Origin: Octopus sinensis
Lineage: Eukaryota
Direction of reading: 5' to 3'
Length of the DNA stretch: 64,000 nt
NCBI RefSeq assembly: GCF_006345805.1
Contig: NC_043000.1
Coordinates: 73,594,001 to 73,658,000 of the forward strand
Both the position numbers and the translations under genes were made by a program. Numbering within the stretch: position 1 is the first letter of the stretch; each line of letters starts with the position of its first letter. Below are positions 14,090-26,345 of the stretch, piece by piece. The notes beneath the pieces are model-generated. The model ran no database searches. It saw nothing but the letters and a program-made list of their open reading frames with translations, and was not told where the DNA came from.

Positions 14090-14960
14090 TAATGGTTCAG
14101 CCTGCACCAGGAAATCCATAAGAGGAACGAGCTATCTTGGTTGAAGAAACAATTCTGAAAGTGGTAGAGAAGTTTGTCTACCTGGGCAGCACTCTCAGCT
14201 GTTCTTGCTTCCTGGATGATGAAATATCTTTGTGGCTGCAGAGAGCAACTGATTCCTTCCAGTCGCTTGAATCTTGTGTTTGGTCCCAGCATGACATCAC
14301 AAGGCAGGCAAAAATTGCTGCGTACTTTGCATGTGTACTGATATCATTCCTTTACTCATGTGAGACACGGACCCTTTACAAACATCATGTAAGGGTCCTT
14401 GAAGGCTTCCATTAGAGATGCCTGACACATTCTGAATGTTGGCTAGACCTTAAAAACTCCAGACACACAGGTCTTGAGGAAAGCTGATATCTTGAGTATT
14501 GAAGTGATGGTACACATGCACTGGTTACGTTGGACTGGACACCTTATTAAAATGAAGGATTACAGTATCCCTAAACAGATGCTATATGGGGAACTTGCAT
14601 GCGGAAAGAGACCCAGGCAGAAACCAAGGCTGTGATTTAAGGACTGTGTAATTAAGGCCTTGTGCCTATAATAGAAAGGATTTAAGGACTGTGTCAAGTC
14701 CTCATTAAAAGCCTGTGATATGCAGGAGACCGACCAGGAGAGCAATGCCTGTCATCACCACGGATTGAGGAAGCTGGTTAAGCAGGAGGTCAAAACCTTC
14801 AAAAGGGAACGTATTGTTCATGAAGAATTTAAGCGTGCCACTCGAAAATGCACTGCTAGTGTAGTGAACAAGGAAAGCTTGGTTTGCAATATTTGCAATC
14901 CTGTACGCTTGTCAAAAGGAAGAGGGCTCATTAGCCACTAATGGAGCCACAAATGCAAAA
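14090..14960 (+). mobile_element. RTE-BovB-like LINE 3' fragment
   Basis: LKVVEKFVYLGSTLS...DDEISLWLQRAT...FLYSCETRTLYKHHVRVLEGFH; RWTGHLIKM...PKQMLYGEL..GKRP. Confidence 0.85.
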
Positions 14961-15031
14961 TATAAGTTAGTCCTAGAGTGCACAATGTTCCTAAAGATCA
15001 GCAATGGTCTTCCTCGGTCACGAGTGGACGC

Positions 15032-15066
<35 letters not shown>

Positions 15067-15071
<5 letters not shown>

Positions 15072-15597
15072 AAATGACCAGCGACCGAGACCTTTGGAAA
15101 TATGCTGTACGCGAGAAGACCAGGCAGGACAAGTGAGCCCAGCCCACTTATGCATGCCTTTCCTCCCTTGGACACAAAGACCTGTTGAGGCAAGCGAAGT
15201 CGATATAGAACCTCATCCGACGACAGGCACCCATGCCAACCCCCTTTCCTTGCGAAGACATGTTGGGGCAAGTGAAATCGAAATCGAAATTGAACCAATC
15301 CTATGACTGGCACCCGGCAGATGCCAGGACCCCTGGACTGGTGGCACGTAAATTGCACCAATCCGACCGTGGCCGTTGCCAGCCTCGCCTGGCACCTGTG
15401 CGGGTAGCACGTAAAAAGCACCTACTACACTCACGGAGTGGTTGGCGTTAGGAAGGGCATCCAGCTGTAGAAACATTGCCAGATAAGACTGGAGCCTGGT
15501 GAAGCCTTCTGGCTTCCCAGGTCCCCGGTCGAACCGTCCAACCCATGCTAGCATGGAGAACGGACGTTAAACGATGATGATGATGATGATGATGATT
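15067..15597 (+). mobile_element. RTE LINE extreme 3' end with (GAT)n tail
   Basis: MTSDRDLWKYAVREKTRQDK* followed by the 3' UTR ending GGACGTTAAACGATGATGATG. Confidence 0.85.
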
Positions 15598-15615
15598 ATA
15601 TATATATATATATAT

Positions 15616-15650
<35 letters not shown>

Positions 15651-15670
15651 AGTACTAAGGGCAAAGATTC

Positions 15671-18600
15671 ATCATCATCATCATCATCATCATCGTTTAA
15701 TGTCCGCTATCCGTGCTAGCATGAGTTGGACAATTTGACTGAGGTGTGGTAAACCAGATGGCTGCACCAGGCTCCAATCTGATCTGGCAGAGTTTCTGCA
15801 GCTGGATGCCCATCCTAACGCCAACTACTCCGAGAGTGCTTTTACGTGCCACCAGCACGAGATCAGTCAGGCGGTACTGGCAACGGCCATACTCAAATGG
15901 TGATTTTTACGTGCCACCTGCACAGGAGCCAGTCCAGTGGCACTGGCAACGACCTCGCTCGAATGTTTTTTTATGTGCCATCGGCACAAGTGCCAGTGAG
16001 GCAACGCTGGTAACGATCACACTCGAATGATGCTTTTTACGTGCCACCAGCACGGAAGCCAGTCAGTTGCTCTGGCAATGAGCACGCTCGGATGGTGCTC
16101 TTAGGGCTACATTGGCACGGGTACCAGTCATCGAATTTGATTCGATTTCACTTGCCTCAACAGGTCTTTGGAAGCAGAGTTTAGTATCCAATGAAGGAAA
16201 GGTACGCATAAGTGGGCTGGTTACACCCCTGGCATACGCCACGGGTTATGGTCTCACTTGGTTTGCCTGGTCTTCTCAAGCACAGCATATTTCCAAAGGT
16301 CTCGGTCACTAGTCATTGTCTCGGTGAGGCCTAATGTTTGTAGGTCGTGCTTTACCACCTCATCCCAGGTCTTTCTGGGTCTATCTCTTCCACAGGTGAC
16401 CTCAACCGCTAGGGTGTGGCACTTTTTCACACAGCTATCCTCACCAATTCTTGCCACATGACCATACCAACGCAGTCGTCTCTCTTGCACACCACATCTG
16501 ATGCTTCTTAGGTCCAACTTTTCTCTCAAGGTACTTACACTGTCGAGTATGCATACTGACATTACACGTCCAGCAGAACATACTGGCTTCATTCCTTGCG
16601 AGCATGTGTATATCCTCAGCAGTCATGGCCCATGTTTCACTGCCATGTAGCATGGCTGTTCGTACACATGCATCTTACATTCTACCTTTTACTCTGAGCG
16701 AGAGGCCCTTTGTCACCAGCAGAGGTAAGAGATCTCTGAACTTATGCCAGGCAATTCTTATTCTAGCAGCTACACATTCAGTGCCCCCCGCCCCGCTACT
16801 GTCTTGGTCACCTATGTAACGGAAGCTATCAATTACTAGTTTCTCTCCTTGGAATCCGGCGGAAGTTGTTTTTTGCACATTTTCAGCATCTGCCACATAC
16901 AAAACTATCGTTCCAGTTAGCCTTCCTTTGATATTGATGCACCTCTTATGTGTCCATAGCTTACACTGGGTATATCTTATAGAGTTTCTGCCTACGCCTT
17001 TTCTACAGATCGAGCATGTCCATCTACCTGAAGGGTTTGCCTTCCTTCCTACTTATTAGGACTTTGGTTTTAGCTAGGTTGACTCGAAAGCCCTTCGATT
17101 CTAATCCTTGTTTCCACACTTGAAACTTCTCCTCTAGTTCTGATAGTGACCCAGCAATTAGAGCAAGGTCGTCAACATAGAGGAGCTCACAGGGTAATTC
17201 TGTCTTGAATTCCACTGTTATTGCCTTGAGGGCTATGATAAATCGGAGGGGGCTGAGGACTGAACCTTGGTGGACCCCTACCACTACCCGGAGTTCTTCA
17301 CTGTACTCGTTGCGAACCCTCACCTTACTGACAACGTCCTTGTACAAGGCTTGCACAGCTCTCACTAACCATTCATCTATCCTTGGTTTCCTCATTGACC
17401 ACCAGATAAGGGATCGGAGGACACTGTCAAAGGCTTCCTCCATGTCAACGAAAGCCAGGTACAGAGATTTATCTTTGGTTTGGTATTTCTCCTTCAGCTG
17501 TCTTACCAGGAATATAGCATCAGTGGTGTTTTTCCCTGGCACGAACCCAAACTGCATCTCATCTAAACAGACTCTCTCCCTAATTAGTTGGGCTATGACC
17601 CTCTCTGTGACCTTCATTACCTGACCCAACAGCCTGATACCTCTGTAATTATTCGTATCTTAAGCGTCACCTTTACCTTTGTAGCAGTTGACTATGGTGC
17701 TGCTGACTCCATCGTGTATCACCTGGTTAACTATACGGAAGACTAAGCTAAAGCCAACACCGCCAGATATTTTGAGTATCTTTGCAGTAATTCCTGATGG
17801 GCCAGGAGCTTTCCCTGTCTTCATACTTTGCTTTATCTACCAACGTAGATAAAGCTTTCCCTTGTCTTCATACTTGCTTTATCTACCAACGTACTGTCAA
17901 TTCGGATAGCTGGTCACTCCGTTGGGTCGACATTCTGCAGACTCTCTTTCTGCCATTCATTTTCTTTATTGAGCAACCTTTCATAGTGGCGTCTCCAAAC
18001 CTCTCTCTTTGCAGCCTCATTTAGTGCAAGTGACTCATCATCCATGCGGACACATTTCTCTCCTACGACATCACGATTCTCCCTCACACACTGTCTTACA
18101 ACACAAAATACCTCAAGTCTTTGGTTCTCATGGCGCCGAACGTTGGCAAATTTTTTCTTATCTGCTTCCCCTCTGGCCAAATAAACGTGTCTACTAGCTT
18201 CCCTTCTGGCAGTCTGCTACCACCGTTCTCCCAGTCCTCCCAAGCCTGTTTCTTTTCTCTAATAGCCCTGTCAACAACACTGTTCCACCAACACGTTATT
18301 TTGGGTCGAGAGGGGACTTTGCACCATCCACAGATCTGGTCAGTGGCCTTCGGCATGTCCCGTAGAAACCTCCAGTTGTCTTCTACATCGTGTGAAGATA
18401 TATCTCCTATTTTGTCAAAGGCTTTGAGTAATATGTCTCTAAATCTCTGTCCATTTGCAGGATCTTTAATCTTCCAGACCCTTCTCCATGCTGGTCGTCT
18501 TCTGGGCATCCATTTAGCCCTGATCTTGAAGTCGCTAAATGGTTAGGGGTACATTCTACGCTTGGAAAGGTTTTTTACATTTATAAGCATCCATCTTTCC

Positions 18601-18928
18601 CTTTTTCTGGCGAGGATGTAGTCAATTTGGCTAGTGTGTCTGCCAGAACAGTAGGTGACCAGGTGACTGGCAGGTTTCCTGAAGTTAGTATTGCAAACCA
18701 TAAGATCATTTGCGTCGCAGAACTCCAGCAGCCTGGTTCCCTCCTCATTGCGGGGAACCAAGACCATAGCCTCCATGTATACCATTGAAGACCCCTGTAT
18801 GTTGTCCAACATGTCCATTGAAGTCACCAGCCACAAAGAGAAGGTCCCTGTCATTCGTCAACGAGGTAGTCTGCAAGAAGGTGTCATAAAATCGGTCTTT
18901 TTGTCCATCGAGTGGCATACGCCGAGAT
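15671..18928 (-). mobile_element. RTE-clade LINE, 5'-truncated, frameshifted (APE part, RT, 3' UTR, (GAT)n tail)
   Basis: ORFs 18543-18854 (GDFN..TSQIDYIL), 17024-17629 (QFGFVPGK...GVHQGSVLSP...YVDDL), 16254-16592; catcatcat tail at 15671. Confidence 0.92.
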
Positions 18929-19087
18929 AAAAATTATTAAAAAATATTTATACTAAATGGCGGTGCCCCAGCATGGCCACAGCTCATTAGCTGAAACTGG
19001 AAAAATCAAAATCAAAAATCATACCAGTGGCCAGCATGCGTTAAAAAACGTCAAAGGACTGCAAATTATTTAAAAATATATAAGATA

Positions 19088-19303
19088 AGAGGAAAGCCGC
19101 CAAGTGGTTTCCTTACATGCTGAAAGTAAACACCAAATCGTCTAACTACGAAAAATTTGTTCTCATCGGATGTTCTCGTGCAAGACACTATGAAAAGATA
19201 TAAAAGGACTAGTCAATTCCCTACTACGAGAACATACTTTTGTGATAAGACGATTTGACGTCTACTTTCAGCATGTAAGGAAACCACTTAGTGGCTTTCC
19301 TCT
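19088..19303. mobile_element. MITE-like element with ~56 bp TIRs
   Basis: agaggaaagccgccaagtggtttccttacatgctgaaagt... is inverted at ...actttcagcatgtaaggaaaccacttagtggctttcctct. Confidence 0.75.
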
Positions 19304-20026
19304 ACATTCCTCTGGTTCTGGTCTAACGACCCTCCATGTCTTCGTTCGGTTTCCTCCACTGCCCTGTTTTTATTCCTAACTTTCACTCTCCATAAATCCT
19401 AAATTTTATTTTAGAATTTATGGGAGCTACTGTCTTTGAAGTCTCATATTGTCATTAAATGCTCGAAATGAGGAGTTGATAGACAGCCGACAATTGATGA
19501 AGGGTCCTTTCTCTGTGTTTACTTGTCCCTGTTTTCCATTTTTTTGTTGTTGTTTACGTATTTGACTCATTTTGTTTGCACGGTTGGTGACGTCCTGTGC
19601 CCATATACATGTCTAAATTCAAGAACTGAACGCTCTGGAACATGTCCATATGTGACAAAATACCTGTTGCACAAGATCACGGTTAGAATCCACATTTTTA
19701 TTTTGTTTCTGCACAAGTTTCCCATGTCTTAACTTCTTTTAATTTATTTATTATTATTTTTTATATATTTTTTTCGTTTTTTCATTTTTCCTTTTTAATT
19801 GAGTGAATGTGTACGCGTGTGAGTATATGTATATGTATGTATATATTTTATATATGTGTGTACGTGTGTATATATGTGTATATGTATGTATATGAGTATG
19901 TATATAACTGTGTCCGGAGCATAAGTGTGACTTTCATGCACACGTCCCTTTCATTTATACGGATATGCACATTTTGTATATGTGAGGTGTAGGTGTGTGA
20001 TAGGAGGGCGTATATGTATATAAATG

Positions 20027-20057
<31 letters not shown>

Positions 20058-20633
20058 AAAATTAGAAAAAATACCTTTTATCAATTCAAAATGAACAATT
20101 AAATGACACCATCCAGACAATTACATATAATAGAAATATTAACATTAAAATAACAATAAAATGTCAAAGATTAAGTAAATTGCAAAAAAATAATAATAAC
20201 TTATATAAATTGTAGAATAATATATACAAATTTTTTTTAAATATATATATATATTTTTTTCTTATATATAAAATGATCTAACGAATTACATTTAATTTAA
20301 TTTAATTTAAGAATTTATGTAGTCAGGCATTATATTATTTAATTATTAGGTGGCTTATTTATTTGTAATATTAAATTTTAAGTTAATTTGGTATTATATT
20401 ATTTGATATTTAGTCAACTTTGTTATAGATGCTTATATTATACTAAATTTATAGATACTACACATGTATATTGATTATATCGTTAGATTATTTAAGGAGT
20501 TTGTCTATATTTGAACCATTTCTTATTTTGATTAAAATTTAATGACTTCTATTAACTTTGTGTATTTTATTTAATTTTAAAGTATTTAATAATTTAAATA
20601 TTGTTTTAGTCTTCAATTATGTATATTTAGTAT

Positions 20634-20685
<52 letters not shown>

Positions 20686-20984
20686 ATATATATAAATATA
20701 AGTATATTTATTAATTAATTATTTCATTATTCTAGTTTATTTTTAACTTGATGAGTAACTATATTTATATCGAAGTGATTTCTCTACCACTTCTTAAATA
20801 TAGCTACGAAACACGTGTCGTTATTCTACAATTTATATAAGTTATTATTTTTTTTTTGCAATTTACTTAATCTTTGACATTTTATTGTTATTTTAATGTT
20901 AATATTTCTATTATATGTAATTGTGTGGATGGTGTAATTTAATTGTTCATTTTGAATTGATAAAAGGTGTTTTTTTTCTAATTT
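20058..20984. repeat. AT-rich Penelope-like remnant with ~163 bp inverted repeats (20058-20220, 20821-20984)
   Basis: Arms match almost exactly; the right arm starts 2 nt after the hammerhead cleavage site. Confidence 0.75.
20744..20823 (+). ncRNA. Type I hammerhead ribozyme motif (C3U core variant)
   Basis: Helix I UAAC/GUUA; core UUGAUGA; helix II GUAACUAUAUUUA/UAAAUAUAGCUAC (12 of 13 pairs); GAAA; palindromic helix III ACACGUGU; GUC cleavage triplet at 20817-20819. Confidence 0.7.
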
Positions 20985-21084
20985 TTTATATATATATTAT
21001 ATTGTGTGAAATTTGATTTAGTATTTCTAAATGGAATTTTTTTCCTTGTAAGTTTTGGATTTTATTCCCTCAAATATTAATAAT

Positions 21085-21165
<81 letters not shown>

Positions 21166-21170
21166 ATATA

Positions 21171-21233
<63 letters not shown>

Positions 21234-21234
21234 T

Positions 21235-21670
21235 CTCTTTTACTCTTTTACTTGTTTCAGTCATTCGACTGTGGCCATGCTGGAGCACCGCCTTTAGTCG
21301 AGCAAATCGACCCCGGGACTTATTCTTTGTAAGCCCAGTACTTATTCTATCGGTCTCTTTTGCCGAACCGCTAAGTGACGGGGGACGTAAACACACCAGC
21401 ATCGGTTGTCAAGCAATGCTAGATGGACAAACACAGACACACAAACACATACACACACATATATATATATATACACACACATATATATACATATATATAC
21501 ATATATACGACAGGCTTCTTTCAGTTTCCGTCTACCAAATCCACTCACAAGGCATTGGTCGGCCCGGGGCTATAGCAGAAGACATTTGCCCAAGATGCCA
21601 CGCAGTGGGACTGAACCCGGAACCATGTGGTTGGTTAGCAAGCTACTTACCACACAGCCACTCCTACGCC
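21235..21670 (-). mobile_element. tRNA-derived SINE, full length
   Basis: Reverse complement reads GGCGTAGGAGTGGCTGTGTGGTAAG...GGTTCAGTCCCA through to the GTAAAAGAG tail. Confidence 0.9.
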
Positions 21671-21683
21671 TATATATATATAC

Positions 21684-21734
<51 letters not shown>

Positions 21735-21736
<2 letters not shown>

Positions 21737-21890
21737 CGCAGGAGTGGCTGTGTGGTAAGTACCTTGCTTACCAACCACTTGGTTCCGGGTTCAGTCCCAC
21801 TGTGTGGCACCTTGGGCTTCTACTATAGCCTCGGGCCGACCAAAGTCTTGTGAGTGGATTTGGTTGACGGTAACTGAAAGAATCCCGTTG
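21735..21890 (+). mobile_element. tRNA-SINE head, head-to-head with the preceding copy across (TA)n
   Basis: ggcgcaggagtggctgtgtggtaag...gggttcagtcccactg. Confidence 0.85.
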
Positions 21891-21999
21891 TATATATATA
21901 ATACTTATATAATATTTGGATATTTTTAATATATTAAGTAATATGTGTATCATGTTTAGTATATTAATATTGATATTAATATTTTTAAAGTTTCTTTAT

Positions 22000-22145
22000 A
22001 ACCTCGGACGAGGCCTATGGTTTTTTTTTAATATATAAGTATTATATATATTTTTTTAAATGCCTACAACCTTAGTATGTTGACATCTATAGGCAATGAA
22101 AATTAAATCTACTTTTGACCATAGGCTGAAACAGCTGTAAGAAGT
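22000..22145 (+). ncRNA. Decayed type I hammerhead motif with large helix II insertion
   Basis: CGGACGA (U4G), helix II GGCCUAUGGU/ACCAUAGGCU, GAAA, palindromic ACAGCUGU, GUA triplet; helix I is weak. Confidence 0.5.
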
Positions 22146-22517
22146 AATCTTTAGGATTTCATTAATTTATACTATGACTTTTAAAATCTGTATTTGTATT
22201 ATTATCTTATCTATTGATTTATATAATATTTTGTATGCTTTTGATGTTCTAATTTGTAAAATGAATAAATAATCCAACATTATAATATCTGTAAGTTGAC
22301 GAACAAACCAAATTTGTTTCTCCATTTTCTTATTTGAATTATAAATTTACGGTAAAAATATTTCTTTACCTTCACCCGTTAAATACAATAAATGACTTAA
22401 TTGCATTGCAATTAAAAACATTTATCTATTAAGAATTTGGGTACTTTACCAACAGTATATTGGATAAATGATATTCCATAGTGGGTTACACCCATAACCT
22501 CTATCTTACTTTGTACT

Positions 22518-22621
<104 letters not shown>

Positions 22622-22658
22622 ATGGAAAACAAAAGGTGAATAGGGAATGCTTGTAATT

Positions 22659-23260
22659 TTAAAATACCGTTAAGAAATTTGACGTCATAAGACAGAGAAG
22701 ACGAGAAGGAAGAGAGAAAGAGAGAAAAGGAGAAATGAAGGTATAAACAAATAGAAAGTGAGTGACAGATAGATAGAAAAGACGATGGAAAGTATAGTAG
22801 ATATGGGATGAAAGAATAAAGATTACGTCGCAGATATTATTAGGTAAGGGGCAGATTTTGCTTGAAATAGCTGAAAGAGTGTTTTTTCCAATATAAACAC
22901 TATAAGCACGTTCTTTATAGGTGTTGACTGGTGTGCGTTTGGAAAAAAGGATAAATAGTTGTACGTCCGTACAAAGAGAGCAGAAGGATTTCCCTTTATC
23001 ATAGGGAAACGATCTTGAGAAGATTACTTTTAACTTGTTTTCCATATGGAATAATAAGCCAAATAGCTTTAACTAGGGTCATACGATTTATAGGGAGATT
23101 TATCATTAAAATACAGAAAAAGAGTGGAAGAAGTATAGTTACCTCTTTTAGACTGTTTATTTTAAAATTTTCCAAAATTAAGATTTTGGCTATTTCGATA
23201 AAAGGGGTTATTATCTGGATAATTGCCTTCGAGAGGAACATTATGAGTATTATTATTATC
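22659..23260 (-). mobile_element. Penelope-like element remnant (GIY-YIG endonuclease C-terminus)
   Basis: NRMTLVKAIW...IPY...FSRSFPYDKGKSFCSLCTDVQLFILF...VNTYKE resembles the T.L..IW.LK...W.I...A.PY...C.LC..E...I C-terminus of PLE GIY-YIG domains. Confidence 0.7.
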
Positions 23261-23737
23261 ATTAGTAGTAGCGTAATTTATATCTACCAGATTATTAGAG
23301 GTTGAACCAGGATCAAGAGGGTTATAATACTTAATTTGCTCCTTATATAAGGACGAATTATAGAAATTAGCGTTATTATTGAAAACGTTAATATTAGCGG
23401 ATAATTTAGAGATTCTAAGCTTTGTGTTTTAACCAAATATTTTGTTATATTAGTAGGATGATTGCTAAAAATGTTGATGTATTTTAGATTGGTTGAAGGT
23501 TGACCTTACACTCAACTTAAACACAGCTTTATATTTCCTATACCATAAACCTTCAACCAATCTGAGAGGGGTTTCTGTATCTTTGAGTGGGTGTGTTTTG
23601 TTTTGCGGTGAAGGGTGCATTTGAATTTGTCATTTTGTGTCTTTGGTTGGTTATTCGATGGAACCCTGGAGAGGGTATTGGTTATTCTTGGTTCTGGATG
23701 GGCATTCAGGTATTGTTCCAGTAGCGATTTTCTTCCA

Positions 23738-25600
23738 AACAGTGCCCTGTGGAACATTGCTTACTATTTGTGTTTTCATTGAGGTGGCTCCATTGTCCAC
23801 CACTGCCTGACCTCTATCTTTCAAAAAGTCTCCAAGTAACCACTCTCCAAGTTTTCCAGCTATGCCGAGATTACGCAGTTTGTGGTATATTATACCATTA
23901 CCCACTTTATCAAAAGCTTTTGCAAAGTCAAGGTATATTACGTCCACATTTGAATTGTTGAGTAACTGCCTCAACACACAGTCATAGTATTGTAAGAGAT
24001 GGGTCAGGCAGCTCCTATCTGGTCTAAAGGCATGCTAGCTATCACTAAGCAAGTTGTTTTCTTCAAGGAATGCGACTAGTTTCCCGCTGACTATCCGTTC
24101 CATGACTTTGCTGATGTGTGAAGTCATAGTAATAGGCCTATAGGTTTTGGCATCTGCTCTACTTACCCCTTTATGGATTGGGCATATTATTCCCTCCTTT
24201 AGTTTGCTTGGCAGCCTGCCATTTGCAAGAAAACTCTGGAAGAGAATCTGTAGAGGTTTTGCCATGGCACGTTTATACAATTTGAGGAGGATTGCTGGGA
24301 AACCATCAAGACCAGCAGTTGAGTTTGTGTCCATCTCATCTATGGCTAGTAGTATATCTTCTTCGCTAATGCCGATGTAATCCATCATAACTGCTTTGCT
24401 GGTTATAGATGAGGCGGCGAAGAAATCTACTGGTTCGTTCACTTGTTTGTGTTCCAACGGGATGGTAAAGACACTTTTGAACAGGTCATTCAATACCTCA
24501 CTGATCCTGGTTGGGTTATCCGTGAGAGAGCCATCCTTCTGGAAGACGGGTCCTATTTTGCAGTGTACTGAGACTGTTTCTTTGGCATTACGAAAGAAGG
24601 CCTTTGAGTTTGATTTGATGATTTTTATAACCCCGGCTTCTTTGACTGCTCTATGGTTTGCACAACAGACATGAAATATTCTAGTTTCATTCCAATGTCT
24701 GGTGTGGAGAGACATTTTGGCCAGACAAAATATGAATGCTCTTACCTCGAGACATACTACTGGACCAAGTTAAAAGTTCCACTAGGATCACAAAAACACA
24801 CATATACTTCCCCAACCTCTAGCCAGACACTATTACCCCTCTGAAATTTGTTCAATACGTCTGTTCCCCAGAGTCTGTTAAAAAAAGAGGCTTTTCAAAT
24901 GCCCTGCTTCTTGACGTGACATAATTTCCCCTTGCTTCCAGTCCACTTCCCTCACTCCTCCAAATAGTATGTTTATGCATATTATAGCAGCACTAACAGG
25001 AGTTAAATCTGGAACCGATATAATATCTATTGTTAGTTTGGGTAATGATATTGTATTTGTAGATAACCTAACATATGAGGCATTTACCTTCAAGGGGATA
25101 TAGAGTAACAGTTCTACAGTTACGGTAGATGAGTTACTAGCTGAGTCCTAGAGAGTAAATTACATAGTATTTTACTGCTGCATTTTTGGTTATTTTCTTC
25201 CTTATTTTGTGCTAATACTTTTAGAGCTAGTATTTAGAATATTCATTTTGTGGTTGATTATTTCTATAATATATTCTATCTTTTTTCTTTGGCTATTGGA
25301 AGTATGAAATCTCTCAATGTGGAAAGGTTCCATGTTAACTTATTTGATTTTATGATTTGTACTATCCTTATTTTTGTATTGTCAGTGTTATTTTGTCTCA
25401 AGCTAGAATTATTTTTGTCAAACTATTATTTTTAGGTTGAGTGTTAATGAGAGTTACTTCACTATTCCAACTCTTATTCTAGAGCTCACTTATCATCGAT
25501 TGAACTTTAGACTTATTTACATATAGGTTTCTGTGGCTATACAGATAAGTAAGAGAGTTTGTGTTTTGCTTGACATGAAGGTTGTACTTGGTGTATTTGT
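23738..25600 (-). mobile_element. CR1/L2-group LINE, decayed (APE remnants and RT N-terminal half)
   Basis: VDVIYLDFAKAFDKV...VPQGTV; AGLDGFPAILLK...YRPITMTSHISKVMERIV; upstream CIATETY (APE motif). Confidence 0.85.
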
Positions 25601-25981
25601 TATTTTAAGAGATATTAGTCTATGTTATCTACAAGGGTAGGTATTTTTGGAAAGACTCCGACCATCCCTCGAGTGACTAAAGGTGGACTGACTCATTGTT
25701 ATAAATTAAAGAACTGTGAGTGATTGGCAGTTTACTGTGATCCATGGTTGAGTGTTTTAGTCTTGTGTAATAGCAGAGCATAGTGTAAATACTTTTTTCC
25801 TCTCCTGCTTTGTTATATTATATATCCAACATACAAAGATATAAAAGTGGTGATTAGTTGTTCGAAGCTTCCACTGGATATTTCAAAAAATTTTTTTGAG
25901 GTGGGACGAAATCAAAAGAAAAAATCGTTTAACATGGACAACTTATGGGTCACTTTGGTGCAGTTGCAACAGCAACAGCAG

Positions 25982-26345
25982 TGGAGGCGCAATAGTCCAA
26001 TGGTTAGGGCAGCGGACTCGCGGTCGGAGAATCCCGATTTCGATTCCCAGACCGGGCGTTGTGTGTGTTTATTGAGCGAAAACACCTAAAGCTCCACGAG
26101 GGTCCGGCAGGGAGTGGTGGCGACCCCTGTTGTACTCTTTCGCTCCAACTTTCTCTCACTCTTTCTTCCTGTTTCTTGTCCCCGACTTCCTACACAAACG
26201 CTGAGCCTGGATGCGCATTCATCTATCCGTCGATGCTCTCGGTGTCGGGGGTTGACCTGCTTTCTCTTCTGCGGGTCTTACGAATAGCAAAGGACCACGT
26301 TTCGGACTTCTCCCACTGGACGAAGACTGCTACGCTCAACAACAA
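25982..26345 (+). mobile_element. tRNA-derived SINE (third family) with (CAA)n tail, inserted in the Gypsy gag polyQ tract
   Basis: GGCGCAATAGTCCAATGGTTAGG...TTCGATTCCC head; 15 bp target duplication CAACAGCAACAGCAG at 25967-25981 and 26346-26360. Confidence 0.85.

Noticed and set aside
15780-16130. CRISPR-like repeat-spacer pattern (GTGC/GTGTTTTTACGTGCCACC units)
   Set aside because: The units are degenerate, the spacers are related to each other, there are no cas genes, and the array is the RTE 3' UTR in a eukaryotic context.
19490-19700. Hammerhead candidate at TTGATGAAGGG
   Set aside because: No properly placed GAAA, helix III or NUH was found downstream.
25982-26055. tRNA gene calls for tRNA-like heads here and at 7.0, 7.2, 21.7 and 63.4 kb
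   Set aside because: They continue into SINE bodies with tails or TSDs and lack a complete cloverleaf.
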